Both the position numbers and the translations under genes were made by a program. Positions 9,962 to 18,222 of a DNA stretch of 64,000 nucleotides are shown piece by piece. The DNA comes from Treponemataceae bacterium. Its GTDB lineage: Bacteria > Spirochaetota > Spirochaetia > Treponematales > Rectinemataceae. The notes under the pieces are model-generated. The model made no database searches. It was not told where the DNA came from and worked only from the letters and a program-made list of their open reading frames with translations. The stretch is from NCBI GenBank assembly GCA_963678065.2, contig CAXXVZ010000003.1, positions 1,920,001 to 1,984,000 on the forward strand. Direction: 5' to 3'. Numbering within the stretch: the first letter of the stretch is position 1; each line of letters begins with the position of its first letter.

Positions 9962-11746
9962 ATGAAAACCATCCTTTCCCACCGCCCTCATACACTCAAG
10001 GGACAAATAATCCTGCTCTGTGCCACCTTTTCCGTAGCCATCATTCTGATGCAGGCTGTTTTCGTTCTTTCATTTATCAAAACCGCGACCAAAAACTACG
10101 AAATCTTGCTCAAGAGTACGGTGGAGCAGTTGTCCGAAAACATGAACTCCCTCGCGGGAAGGCTGCAGGACGTCGGGAACCTATTGACATTCAACAATTC
10201 CACCCAGCAGATTTTTCGCCCTGAAGCCCTTAGCACCAAAATGCAGATCCTCCGCACTACGGAGATCACCATCGATACGATCAAGTCGTCAAACACGAGC
10301 ATCGACGCAATTATTCTGACGGATTTCAAACAACTCTACTTGGGCGACGCGAGCAATGACAACTTCTGGATCCTGAACCGAGTACGGGACCTGTTAGTCA
10401 ATAAAAAGCTTAATACAGCCAACCTACGCAACCTTCATTTCATTGACCCTTCCGACGGAAGTATGCGTTTTGTCTATATAATTCCTTCAAATTCCGAAAA
10501 CGGCAATCAGCTACAATTCTATACTCTGATAATACATAACCTCAACTCCTTAAGGAAAGCCGCCGAAGGACTCGGAGATGCGGCCGGTACTTATATTCTG
10601 TACTACGGCATGAGCCGGGACTCTTACCTCCTGCGTAGTTGGCCTCACGGTGAAAAGTTGGACTCTGGATTCGATCCAGAGTCATTCAAATCCGGATTTA
10701 GCAGAGTCGGCGGCAACATCATCTATACCCAACTCGTCGATATGTATGGGCTGACAATAATTGGTATGGTACCTACTTCAGAGCTGCGGCGTGCTTTAGT
10801 TTCGGTTCAGCTTCCCAATACGATCATGGTCGTATTCTTCATTATTTTCATCATCGTCGAAGGATGGGTACTTATCCATAACATCACAGCGCCTATTTCC
10901 TATATGGTCGGCTTTATCGACTCTCTTAGCGCCAGCGACGCCAACGAAAAAAGGATACAGTTCCGCCATAAAAACGAAATCGGTCTCCTCGCAAACGACA
11001 TCAATAACTTGCTGGACAAGATCAAGATAATGACGAGCAACGTCGCCAGGACGAATCAGCAACTCTATCAAGCCAAGCTTGCCAGGCAACAGGCGGAACT
11101 CGCAGCCTTCCAGAGCCAAGTCAACCCACATTTCCTGTATAACACCTTGGATTGCGTTCGCAGCATGGCCATTAGCCAAGACATCCCGGAAATTGGTATG
11201 ATCGCTGCGGCGATGGTCAAAATTTTCCGCTATAGCATCAAAGAGGGAGACATTGTACTTCTCAGCGACGAACTCGCTTGCATCGAGCAGTATCTGACCA
11301 TCATGAAGATCAGGCATCCTGATCGATTTTCTTTCTTTTTTGAAGTCGATGATGCGATCCGATCCGCCCTCGTTCCCAAGATGGTACTTCAACCCCTTGT
11401 GGAAAACGCAATGCTCCACGGTCTCGAGCAGAAACGGGGAAAGGGGGCTCTTCACATACGAGGGCGTCTGGAAAAAGATGCATCCGTAGTTCTTGAGGTC
11501 GAGGACAATGGGAAAGGTATGTCTCCCGGGAGCCTCGAGAACTTGAGAAGCACGATTGCCGCACCGTTTGAAGAGGAATGGACTGATGCTTCTCATTCGG
11601 CGACGAAAAGCATAGGACTCATCAATATCGAAAAACGGATTAGGTTGACCTACGGCGCTGGTTACGGAATTTCCGTCTTCCCTGGGATCGAAGGGGGTTT
11701 ACGCGTTTCGTTTCGGATTCCCTACCGTAAGGCTGAAAGCGGTTAA
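9962..11746 (+). CDS. YesM/LytS-type sensor histidine kinase
   Basis: Two TMs; QSQVNPHFLYNTL; LQPLVENAMLHG; DNGKGM; IGLINI. Confidence 0.95.
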   Translation: MKTILSHRPHTLKGQIILLCATFSVAIILMQAVFVLSFIKTATKNYEILLKSTVEQLSENMNSLAGRLQDVGNLLTFNNSTQQIFRPEALSTKMQILRTTEITIDTIKSSNTSIDAIILTDFKQLYLGDASNDNFWILNRVRDLLVNKKLNTANLRNLHFIDPSDGSMRFVYIIPSNSENGNQLQFYTLIIHNLNSLRKAAEGLGDAAGTYILYYGMSRDSYLLRSWPHGEKLDSGFDPESFKSGFSRVGGNIIYTQLVDMYGLTIIGMVPTSELRRALVSVQLPNTIMVVFFIIFIIVEGWVLIHNITAPISYMVGFIDSLSASDANEKRIQFRHKNEIGLLANDINNLLDKIKIMTSNVARTNQQLYQAKLARQQAELAAFQSQVNPHFLYNTLDCVRSMAISQDIPEIGMIAAAMVKIFRYSIKEGDIVLLSDELACIEQYLTIMKIRHPDRFSFFFEVDDAIRSALVPKMVLQPLVENAMLHGLEQKRGKGALHIRGRLEKDASVVLEVEDNGKGMSPGSLENLRSTIAAPFEEEWTDASHSATKSIGLINIEKRIRLTYGAGYGISVFPGIEGGLRVSFRIPYRKAESG

Positions 11747-11748
11747 CA

Positions 11749-11861
11749 CAACGCGTCGGGGTGCAGTGCGGCGCGGCACGGCACGGCACGGCACGGCACG
11801 GCACGGCGATGATCGGGACAGAGGGCGCGACCTGTCGACAGATTTTCATTTTTTCCTATAT
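11749..11861 (+). repeat. Direct repeat copy 2 (right boundary), interrupted by a (GCACG)6 microsatellite at 11776-11805
   Basis: 52-bp identity with 3349-3400; six exact GCACG units preceded by degenerate GTGCA GTGCG GCGCG. Confidence 0.95.
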
Positions 11862-11864
11862 AAT
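11835..11864 (+). promoter_or_regulatory. sigma70-type promoter in the repeat, leaderless start of the H-domain gene
   Basis: TCGACA-18-TATAAT, then 6 nt to ATG 11871; copy 1 reads TCGACA-18-TATGAT (3374-3403). Confidence 0.65.
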
Positions 11865-11870
11865 TTTCTC

Positions 11871-12641
11871 ATGATATCCTATTCCGTCGGGGAAGCGGTC
11901 TCCGATATTCTCGCCTCGCTCACAGGCAAGGCGCTCTCCGGGGCCGGGTTCATCGTCGTCGTTTCGCCGGCGGTGAGAGTGCTGTACCGCGAGGGATGGA
12001 GAAGATTGACGGGCCTGTGCCGGGAGGCGGGAGCCCGATCGGTCATTCCGGTCGACTCGGGAATTCCGGCCTTCGCCAGCGCCTGCGCCGCATCGATCAG
12101 AGAGCGCGGCCGAGGGGTCCACATCCTTTCGGCCTGCCCTGCCGCGTCGGACTTTCTCGCCCTCGAATTTCCCGGCCTCGCTCCGTGCGTTCTCGGAGTC
12201 GCCTCGCCTATGACTATTTCCTCCCGCGCCGCGCTGTACTCGGCAGGCATTCCCGGGGGCACCGCCATCGCGATAAGCCCCTGCTCGCTCAAGAAGCGCG
12301 AAGAGGCCAGAGTCGATTTCGACATGAGGGTAGTCCAGGTTCATTCCTTCATCGAGCGGCTCGGAGCCGCCGGTCAGAGGCTCTCGGCATATCCGGAATC
12401 GGACTACGACCTGCCCTTTCCCCTCCGCAGCAGAGAGGATTGCGGTATCGCCTGCGCGGTCGCAAAGGAGCTTGCCGGGTCTGAGCGCCTGAACATCTCG
12501 ACACACAAGGCGGAGGGAGCAGCGGCCGCAAGAGCGGTGATGCAGGGCATCCTCGCACAGAGGCGGACGGGCAGGAATGATTCGACAGTCGTCGAGCTGA
12601 CCTTCTGCGAGGGCGGCTGCCTGCGCGACCCGGTATTGTAG
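11871..12641 (+). CDS. Stand-alone [FeFe]-hydrogenase large-subunit (H-domain)-like protein, 256 aa
   Basis: P1-like ILSACP, ASPM, P2-like ISPCSLKKRE, P3-like ELTFCEGGC in the correct order. Confidence 0.75.
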   Translation: MISYSVGEAVSDILASLTGKALSGAGFIVVVSPAVRVLYREGWRRLTGLCREAGARSVIPVDSGIPAFASACAASIRERGRGVHILSACPAASDFLALEFPGLAPCVLGVASPMTISSRAALYSAGIPGGTAIAISPCSLKKREEARVDFDMRVVQVHSFIERLGAAGQRLSAYPESDYDLPFPLRSREDCGIACAVAKELAGSERLNISTHKAEGAAAARAVMQGILAQRRTGRNDSTVVELTFCEGGCLRDPVL

Positions 12642-12650
12642 AAGTGCCGG

Positions 12651-13328
12651 TCAGATCCGCAGCGCGTCGCGGAGCCACGCGACAGCCTCGTCCATCCCTT
12701 CGCCCGTCTTTGCCGACACGAAGATGACGGGCGCGTCGGGATTCAGAGCCCGGACGCCGGCGGTGAAGTAGTCCCTGTCGAACTCCATAACCCCGGCGAG
12801 GTCCATCTTGTTGACGATAACGACGCTGGCGCTCTCAAAGGCCGGGGGATACTTGTAGGGTTTGTCGCTCCCCTCCGTGGTCGAAACGAGGAGGATGCGT
12901 TTTTTCTCCCCGAGATAGAAGGACGAGGGGCAGATCAGGTTCCCGACGTTCTCCACGAAGACCAGCGTCGCGTCGCCGGGCAACCCGGGGAGGACAGCCT
13001 CGATCTGCCCTGCGTCGATGTGGCACATGCCGTGAGTGTTGATCTGCAGGGCGGGTATCCCGAGCGAGCGAAGTCTGACCGCGTCGATGTCCGACTCGAG
13101 GTCAGCCTCGATTACGGCACAGGCCAGGGACGGGACGGATCGCGCGAGCATGCGTGCGAGTCCGGCGATGAACGTGGTCTTGCCCGCGCCGGGGCTGCCG
13201 AGCAGGTTCACGAGGGCGCGGCCGCGGGCCTCGAAACGGCCATACACGCGGGCGGCGATCTCGTTGTTGTCGCGGAAAATGTCCTTTCGAACCTCGACTC
13301 GGGTCCGCGCGGGCCTGTCTCCGATCAT
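12651..13328 (-). CDS. hypB: Hydrogenase nickel-incorporation GTPase HypB
   Basis: GSPGAGKTT, CHIDA, ENVGNLICP, TEGSDKPYKYP, NKMD, SAKTGEG. Confidence 0.95.
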   Translation of the reverse strand: MIGDRPARTRVEVRKDIFRDNNEIAARVYGRFEARGRALVNLLGSPGAGKTTFIAGLARMLARSVPSLACAVIEADLESDIDAVRLRSLGIPALQINTHGMCHIDAGQIEAVLPGLPGDATLVFVENVGNLICPSSFYLGEKKRILLVSTTEGSDKPYKYPPAFESASVVIVNKMDLAGVMEFDRDYFTAGVRALNPDAPVIFVSAKTGEGMDEAVAWLRDALRI

Positions 13329-13687
13329 GGTTTCTCCTCCGCCCCGTATTCTATGTCCATTGTATCGATGTAGAATTCGGTCCCGATTTTCGTGGCCCGC
13401 CCTTCACCGCCGCAGGAGGGACAGGTGAAACTGAAGGGCTTCCGCACAAAAAGGGCATCGCAGACTGTGCAACGCATCTTCGGTTGCACGTAGGTGAACT
13501 CGAGTTTCGCCCCCTCGGCTATCGTGCCCAGGGCGTACCGGTCGAAATAGAACTGGATGGAATCACCGCCATACCCGCTGTGCTCTCCGACGACAAGGGC
13601 GATTCGGCATATCCGGGCCGCACCCATGGCCTTTGCCCTCTGAAGCACCTGCCCGAGCATGGCTTCGGTGACCGAGGATTCGTGCAT
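13325..13687 (-). CDS. hypA: Hydrogenase maturation nickel metallochaperone HypA
   Basis: N-terminal MHE; two CxxC (CTVC, CPSC); ATGA overlap with hypB. Confidence 0.95.
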   Translation of the reverse strand: MHESSVTEAMLGQVLQRAKAMGAARICRIALVVGEHSGYGGDSIQFYFDRYALGTIAEGAKLEFTYVQPKMRCTVCDALFVRKPFSFTCPSCGGEGRATKIGTEFYIDTMDIEYGAEEKP

Positions 13688-13816
13688 CGCGCTTTTGCCT
13701 CAGGCCCCTGTCCCGGCGGACAGAACCAAGGAACGATATACGGGACCCATCATGCTCGCCGGTGTACCGGATCAGGTTTCGATTGTCAACTACAGAGATC
13801 GGCGGAAACAAGCCGA

Positions 13817-14554
13817 TCACCGCACATCGCCGGCGGGGAGAGCGGACGAGGGGAAAGGCTCAAGATCCGGACGAAAGGCTTTTTTCTGAAGGTGGGCAAA
13901 GATCTCCGGATTGGGATTGGCGCTGGCTGCCAGGAACCAGACTGTCCTTCCAGTCTCGTCGCGGTCGTCGATATCCGCGCCCGAGTCGAGGAGGATGTCG
14001 AGAACAGCGGGATCGGGATTGGATTCCGCTGCGAACATGAAAGCCGTCCATCCGTAGCTTGTCTTGTCTCCGATCCGCGCACCAGCCCTGACGAGCGAAG
14101 CGATGACTGCCGGATTGGCATTGTATCGGGCCGCGAGCATGAGCGGAGTCGTGCCGTATTCGTCGCTGCGGGAGAGGTCAGCGCCCCGCTTTGCGAGAAA
14201 CTCGAGGACCGCGGGGTTCTCATTCCAGCAGGCGAGCCTCGCAGCCGTCCAGCCAGAGCCTGGGCTGTAGTCGATGCGTGCGCCAGCATCGAGGAATACT
14301 TTGGTGACGGCCGGATCGGGGTTGAACCAGGCCGCGTACATGAGCGGAGTCAGTCCGTTCGGGTCGGGGCTGTCGGGGGAGTAACCTCTGGAGAGAAGGA
14401 ACATCGCCTGTTCGGGGCTGCCTCTTCGGGCGACATCGTGTATGTCGGGCGCGGGCTGCGCGTGCGCGAAACCGCCGGAACAGAGGCAAAGGACGATGGC
14501 CGCAGCGAGTGTGCGGATCACTCTGAAGTGTTTCAGATCGAATTGTCCCTTCAT
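13817..14554 (-). CDS. Secreted ankyrin-repeat protein
   Basis: Signal peptide ending AHA; repeated G-T-PLM-AA-N-NP-V-L-GA units. Confidence 0.88.
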   Translation of the reverse strand: MKGQFDLKHFRVIRTLAAAIVLCLCSGGFAHAQPAPDIHDVARRGSPEQAMFLLSRGYSPDSPDPNGLTPLMYAAWFNPDPAVTKVFLDAGARIDYSPGSGWTAARLACWNENPAVLEFLAKRGADLSRSDEYGTTPLMLAARYNANPAVIASLVRAGARIGDKTSYGWTAFMFAAESNPDPAVLDILLDSGADIDDRDETGRTVWFLAASANPNPEIFAHLQKKAFRPDLEPFPSSALPAGDVR

Positions 14555-14558
14555 GACT

Positions 14559-15482
14559 TCATTCGTATTCGTCGCCGCAGACCCTGTTCCGTCCCGTCTC
14601 TTTTGCGTGGTACATGGCTGAATCAGCCCGCCCGAGTAGGGACTCGATACTATCCCCAGGGCGCCCCATGGAGACCCCGACACTCACGGTGATGGCAAAG
14701 GCGATGCCGGCATAGATCACGGGAGAATTCTCGAGGGCCGAACGGAGTCTCTCGGCTGTGGCAAAGGCGACATCTATCCCGGAATGAGGAAGGACAAGGG
14801 CAAATTCCTCGCCGCCGAGTCTTCCCCAATAGTCCATATCGCGAAGCTCGAGGGATGACAGCGCGCGGGCAACCATCCTCAGGGCCTCGTCGCCGGCCGC
14901 GTGGCTATAAGTGTCGTTCACTGCCTTGAAATGGTCCACATCGAACATGATCACCGCGACATCCTCGACATCCGCATCCCGGGAAGCCATGGTCTCCTCG
15001 AAAAGCTCGAAGAACCAGGTCCGGTTCTTCATACCGGTGAGAGAATCAGTGTGCGCCGCGAGCCAGAGGGCCTGTTCGCTGTTCTTCAGTTTGGTCACGG
15101 ACTCTTCGAGCTGCGCGACCATGGAATTGAATGAAGCGGAAAAATCCCCCATGAACTCGACCTTCTGGCTGAAATCGCCCGCGGCAATCGCCTGGGTCTG
15201 CCAGGTCAGATGCCGGAGAGAAGCCTGAAGGGCCTTGAGCGCACCGGGGAGGAAGCCTCTGAGAGCGATAGGATACGCGAGATCGCCGGAAGCGGTCGCC
15301 ATCACGGCGCCCCGGATCTCGACGATGGCTCTGCGAAGGAACAGATAGTCTTCGTTTCCCTCGAGACCCTCGGGGATCGTATCCTGCACTGTCCGGGAGG
15401 TCACAAGTTCGACGAGCGAAGCCAGCGCCGCGGTGATGCGCGCATCAACTCCTTCCCCGCCTCCAGTCTCGCTTTCGGGCAT
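14559..15482 (-). CDS. Diguanylate cyclase (HAMP-like + GGDEF domain)
   Basis: TDSLTG, DVDHFKAVND, RLGGEEF, RADSAMYHAKETGRN. Confidence 0.93.
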   Translation of the reverse strand: MPESETGGGEGVDARITAALASLVELVTSRTVQDTIPEGLEGNEDYLFLRRAIVEIRGAVMATASGDLAYPIALRGFLPGALKALQASLRHLTWQTQAIAAGDFSQKVEFMGDFSASFNSMVAQLEESVTKLKNSEQALWLAAHTDSLTGMKNRTWFFELFEETMASRDADVEDVAVIMFDVDHFKAVNDTYSHAAGDEALRMVARALSSLELRDMDYWGRLGGEEFALVLPHSGIDVAFATAERLRSALENSPVIYAGIAFAITVSVGVSMGRPGDSIESLLGRADSAMYHAKETGRNRVCGDEYE

Positions 15483-15484
15483 TG

Positions 15485-16006
15485 TCAGCAGCTCGCTTTC
15501 GCCTCAAAGCGACAGGTCCGGTCGCCCGTGCACCAGCAATCGATTTCCTTGACTTTGTACTTGGCGCCCGAGTAGCTTTCGAGCAGGGCTGCGATGAAGC
15601 CTTCGTCATAGGTGCAGATCTCGTAATCGAGTTCGGGCAGACCGGAACAGTCGAGATCTTCCGATACGGTCAACACGAACTCGCCCTTTTCGACGTCGGC
15701 TTTCTCGACCCTGAGGATGCCGATTCCAAGCTCTTTCAGGATCTGTTGGAGCTGACGGAGAAATTCGTTCAGATCCTTGGTCGGGGTGACGAGCTGTTTG
15801 TAGAACTCCGCGCCGGCGAGTTCTCCTGCTTCATAGAACACTTGGTCGGTCTTTTCGGTTCCAAAGTGCCGCTCCATGATATCCCGGAAGGCGAATTGCA
15901 TGAGGCGGTAGACTTCGAGCCGTGTCTGGTTTCCGAGATTCGGACGTCCTAGCTGAATATCCCCCAGGAGTCCCCAGAAAAATTTGTATTTCCTATTCTC
16001 TGTCAT
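15485..16006 (-). CDS. V4R (4-vinyl reductase) domain protein
   Basis: LGIGIL, EDLDCSG, ICTYDEG, EIDCWCTGDRTCRF Cys pattern. Confidence 0.88.
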   Translation of the reverse strand: MTENRKYKFFWGLLGDIQLGRPNLGNQTRLEVYRLMQFAFRDIMERHFGTEKTDQVFYEAGELAGAEFYKQLVTPTKDLNEFLRQLQQILKELGIGILRVEKADVEKGEFVLTVSEDLDCSGLPELDYEICTYDEGFIAALLESYSGAKYKVKEIDCWCTGDRTCRFEAKASC

Positions 16007-16200
16007 GGCCACCCCCTGGTATCCCATATATCGGCGGATGTTCCCGGAAACCTCTGCCCAATCACGGCCTGGGATGCTTGTGCGTCCGATGGACCAGGCG
16101 AGATTATCATTGTTTCTATCACGACCCGACACAGGCAGAATACCCCTTGAAATTTTCCCCGACCATGGTGTATTTTCATCTTCGTCTTTGAGAGCACATT

Positions 16201-16273
16201 GGGGAATTAGCTCAGTTGGTAGAGCGATAGGTTCGCAATCTATAGGTCGGGGGTTCGAATCCCCCATTCTCCA
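16201..16273 (+). tRNA. tRNA-Ala(CGC)
   Basis: Cloverleaf GGGGAAT/ATTCTCC-A with G3:U70; anticodon loop TT-CGC-AA; T-loop TTCGAAT; CCA not encoded. Confidence 0.96.
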
Positions 16274-16350
16274 CAATGAATTACGTGATAGAGTGCCCTT
16301 GGAAAGAGTACTATGACTTGACAGTGTGACTTTCCGGGGGCGTTCCATTT

Positions 16351-16556
16351 ATCGCCACGAAACCTGAATCTACAGGCGAGTTCTTCTCCTTCACCCTCTT
16401 CAAGCGTACGGGCAAGGACGGCAAGGTCGTCATCTATGCCCGTCTCATCGAAAAGGCGACGGGCACGATCCCCGCCCAGCGGTCCACCGGCACTGACGAC
16501 GAGCGCCTGGCCGCGGCCAGGGCGGGCCGATTCCTCGTCGAGCTTCCCCTCGCCAT
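16351..16556 (+). pseudogene. N-terminal remnant of probable tyrosine integrase (start codon ATG>ATC)
   Basis: FSFTLFKRTGKDGKVVIYARLIEKATGTIPAQRSTGTDDERLA resembles an arm-binding N-terminus; paralogous to 18067-18309; no catalytic domain. Confidence 0.55.
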
Positions 16557-16565
16557 AGCATGCGC

Positions 16566-17732
16566 CTATGATCTAAAAATTTCGCTAGCGGATCCCCATG
16601 GAACGAGAACCACATCCTTCCATTTCATGCCGCGCTCGCCGGCATACACTAACATGCAATCTGTAGGTGTAGCTCCCGAGTAACGCATCCACGACTCAAG
16701 TCCAGAAACGAGCTCAGGAGCGAAGGTCTTCCCCGACTTGATCTCCACGGCTTTCGCTCTCTGCCCATCCAGGAAGACTATATCGACCTCAACGCCCGTG
16801 CTGTCTCTCCAGAAATAGATGTCCGGATCGAGGCCCTGGCTGTAGCGTGCTTTTAATAGCTCCGCCACGATGAAGGACTCGAAGATATTTCCGCGGTTGG
16901 GATGAACGAAGAGTTCCTCGGCGCTTTTTATTCCAAGGAGCCGACTAGCCAGACCGGTATCCACGAAGTAGAGCTTCGGGCTCTTCACGAGGCGCTTGCC
17001 ATAGTTCTCATGGTAGGGTCTGAGCAGATAGACGATGCCGCTCGTCTCGAGCACCGAGAGCCAGGCTCTAGCCGTGTTATGGGTCAGCCCGCAATCGAGT
17101 GCCAAAGCGCTCAGGTTGAGAAGCTGCCCGACGCGCGACGCGCACATCTTCACGAAGGTCTGGAATTGTCCTAGATCTTTGACGTTGATGATGGATCGCA
17201 CATCGCGCTCGACGTAGGAAGCGATGTAGCTCGTATACCAATCGTAGGGGCTGACCTCGCGGTCGAAGAGAGGCGGATAGAAGCCTTTCACGATCGCCAC
17301 GAAGGGATCGGTGGCTAGTTTCTTCGAAGAGCGGAGCTCTTCTGTCGAGAATGGAAGGAGCGTAAGGAAGGCAGCCCGTCCGGCGAGGGACTCGGCGACT
17401 CCCGAGAGAAGTCCGAATTGCTGGGAACCCGTCACGATGTATTTTCCGGGCTTAGGATCGACATCGACAGCGGTCTTGAGATACGTGAATATCTCGGGCA
17501 CTGTTTGAGCCTCGTCGAGGATGAGGCCATCGCGATAGCTATCCAGAAGCCCTCGCGGGTCTTCCTTAGCGAGACGAGCGATATCGGGATCCTCCAGGGA
17601 TAGGTACGGCTTATCGGGGAAAGTAGCGCGCGCTAGCGTCGTTTTCCCGGATTGCCTGGGGCCGGTGATACAAAGGACCGGGAATCCCTTCTCGAGGCGC
17701 TTTAGGGTCTTGGCAGCTTGTCGAGCTATCAT
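16566..17732 (-). CDS. AAA+ ATP-binding protein (AAA_14 + DUF4143-type C-terminus)
   Basis: GPRQSGKTT, ILDEAQ, TGS, ESLAGR, KSPKLYFVDTGL, EVDIV...VEIKS PD-(D/E)xK-like end. Confidence 0.92.
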   Translation of the reverse strand: MIARQAAKTLKRLEKGFPVLCITGPRQSGKTTLARATFPDKPYLSLEDPDIARLAKEDPRGLLDSYRDGLILDEAQTVPEIFTYLKTAVDVDPKPGKYIVTGSQQFGLLSGVAESLAGRAAFLTLLPFSTEELRSSKKLATDPFVAIVKGFYPPLFDREVSPYDWYTSYIASYVERDVRSIINVKDLGQFQTFVKMCASRVGQLLNLSALALDCGLTHNTARAWLSVLETSGIVYLLRPYHENYGKRLVKSPKLYFVDTGLASRLLGIKSAEELFVHPNRGNIFESFIVAELLKARYSQGLDPDIYFWRDSTGVEVDIVFLDGQRAKAVEIKSGKTFAPELVSGLESWMRYSGATPTDCMLVYAGERGMKWKDVVLVPWGSASEIFRS

Positions 17733-17738
17733 CCCATC

Positions 17739-17792
17739 AGTATATCGTTGTTTTGCAAATTGTCAATTGTGCTGACAATTTGCAAAACAACG
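17739..17792 (-). promoter_or_regulatory. Promoter TTGACA-16-TATACT overlapped by a perfect 20-bp inverted repeat
   Basis: CGTTGTTTTGCAAATTGTCA (17746-17765), 7-nt loop, TGACAATTTGCAAAACAACG (17773-17792); -10 is 6 nt from ATG. Confidence 0.8.
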
Positions 17793-17961
17793 TACGCCCT
17801 GGGACCTCTGAACTGTAACTGAAACTGCGACTGGAAAGGTACTCCGAGTGTAACTAATAGAACCAACTCCAATCAAAAGTTGGGGCCACAAGTCCCGGCT
17901 ACACCAGCACTTCAAAACTACAATCTATTACATAATATAGACTTATACAATTTTGTAGTCC

Positions 17962-18222
17962 ATAGGTCGGGGTTCGAATCCCCATTCTCCACAAAAACTA
18001 CGTGATAGAATGCCCTTGGAAAGGGCACTGTGACTTGACAGTGCGACTGACCGGGGCGTTCCATATATGGCCACGGAACCTAAATCCGCAGGCGAGTTCT
18101 TCTCCTTCACCCTCTTCAAGCGTCCGGGCAAGGACGGCAAGGTCATCATCTATGCCCCTCTCATCGAAAAGTCGACGGGCACGATCCTCGCCCAGCGATC
18201 CACTGGCACTGACGATGAACGC
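17962..18222 (+). repeat. Diverged copy of 16242-16506 (tRNA 3' end + hairpin + integrase 5' end)
   Basis: Colinear similarity over about 260 bp with scattered substitutions. Confidence 0.92.

Larger units (their letters stand above)
16242..17991 (+). mobile_element. Decayed tRNA-Ala-integrated islet (attL in tRNA, attR 17962-17991)
   Basis: tRNA 3' half repeated at 17962-17991; integrase-like stub directly after the tRNA; single cargo gene. Confidence 0.75.

Noticed and set aside
11776..11805. Tandem repeat as a CRISPR array
   Set aside because: 5-bp units with no spacers; no cas genes in the window.
11766..11870. N-terminal extension RHGTARHGTARHG of the H-domain ORF
   Set aside because: It is the translation of the GCACG microsatellite and promoter; ATG 11871 fits better.
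13484..14692. 402-aa + strand ORF
   Set aside because: Antisense to the ankyrin and hypA genes; its periodicity mirrors the ankyrin repeats.
16007..16348. Extended N-terminus of the V4R ORF
   Set aside because: Runs antisense through the tRNA; the real start is probably 16006 after GGGGG.
17962..17991. Second tRNA gene
   Set aside because: Only the 3' part is present; no D-arm or 5' acceptor strand.
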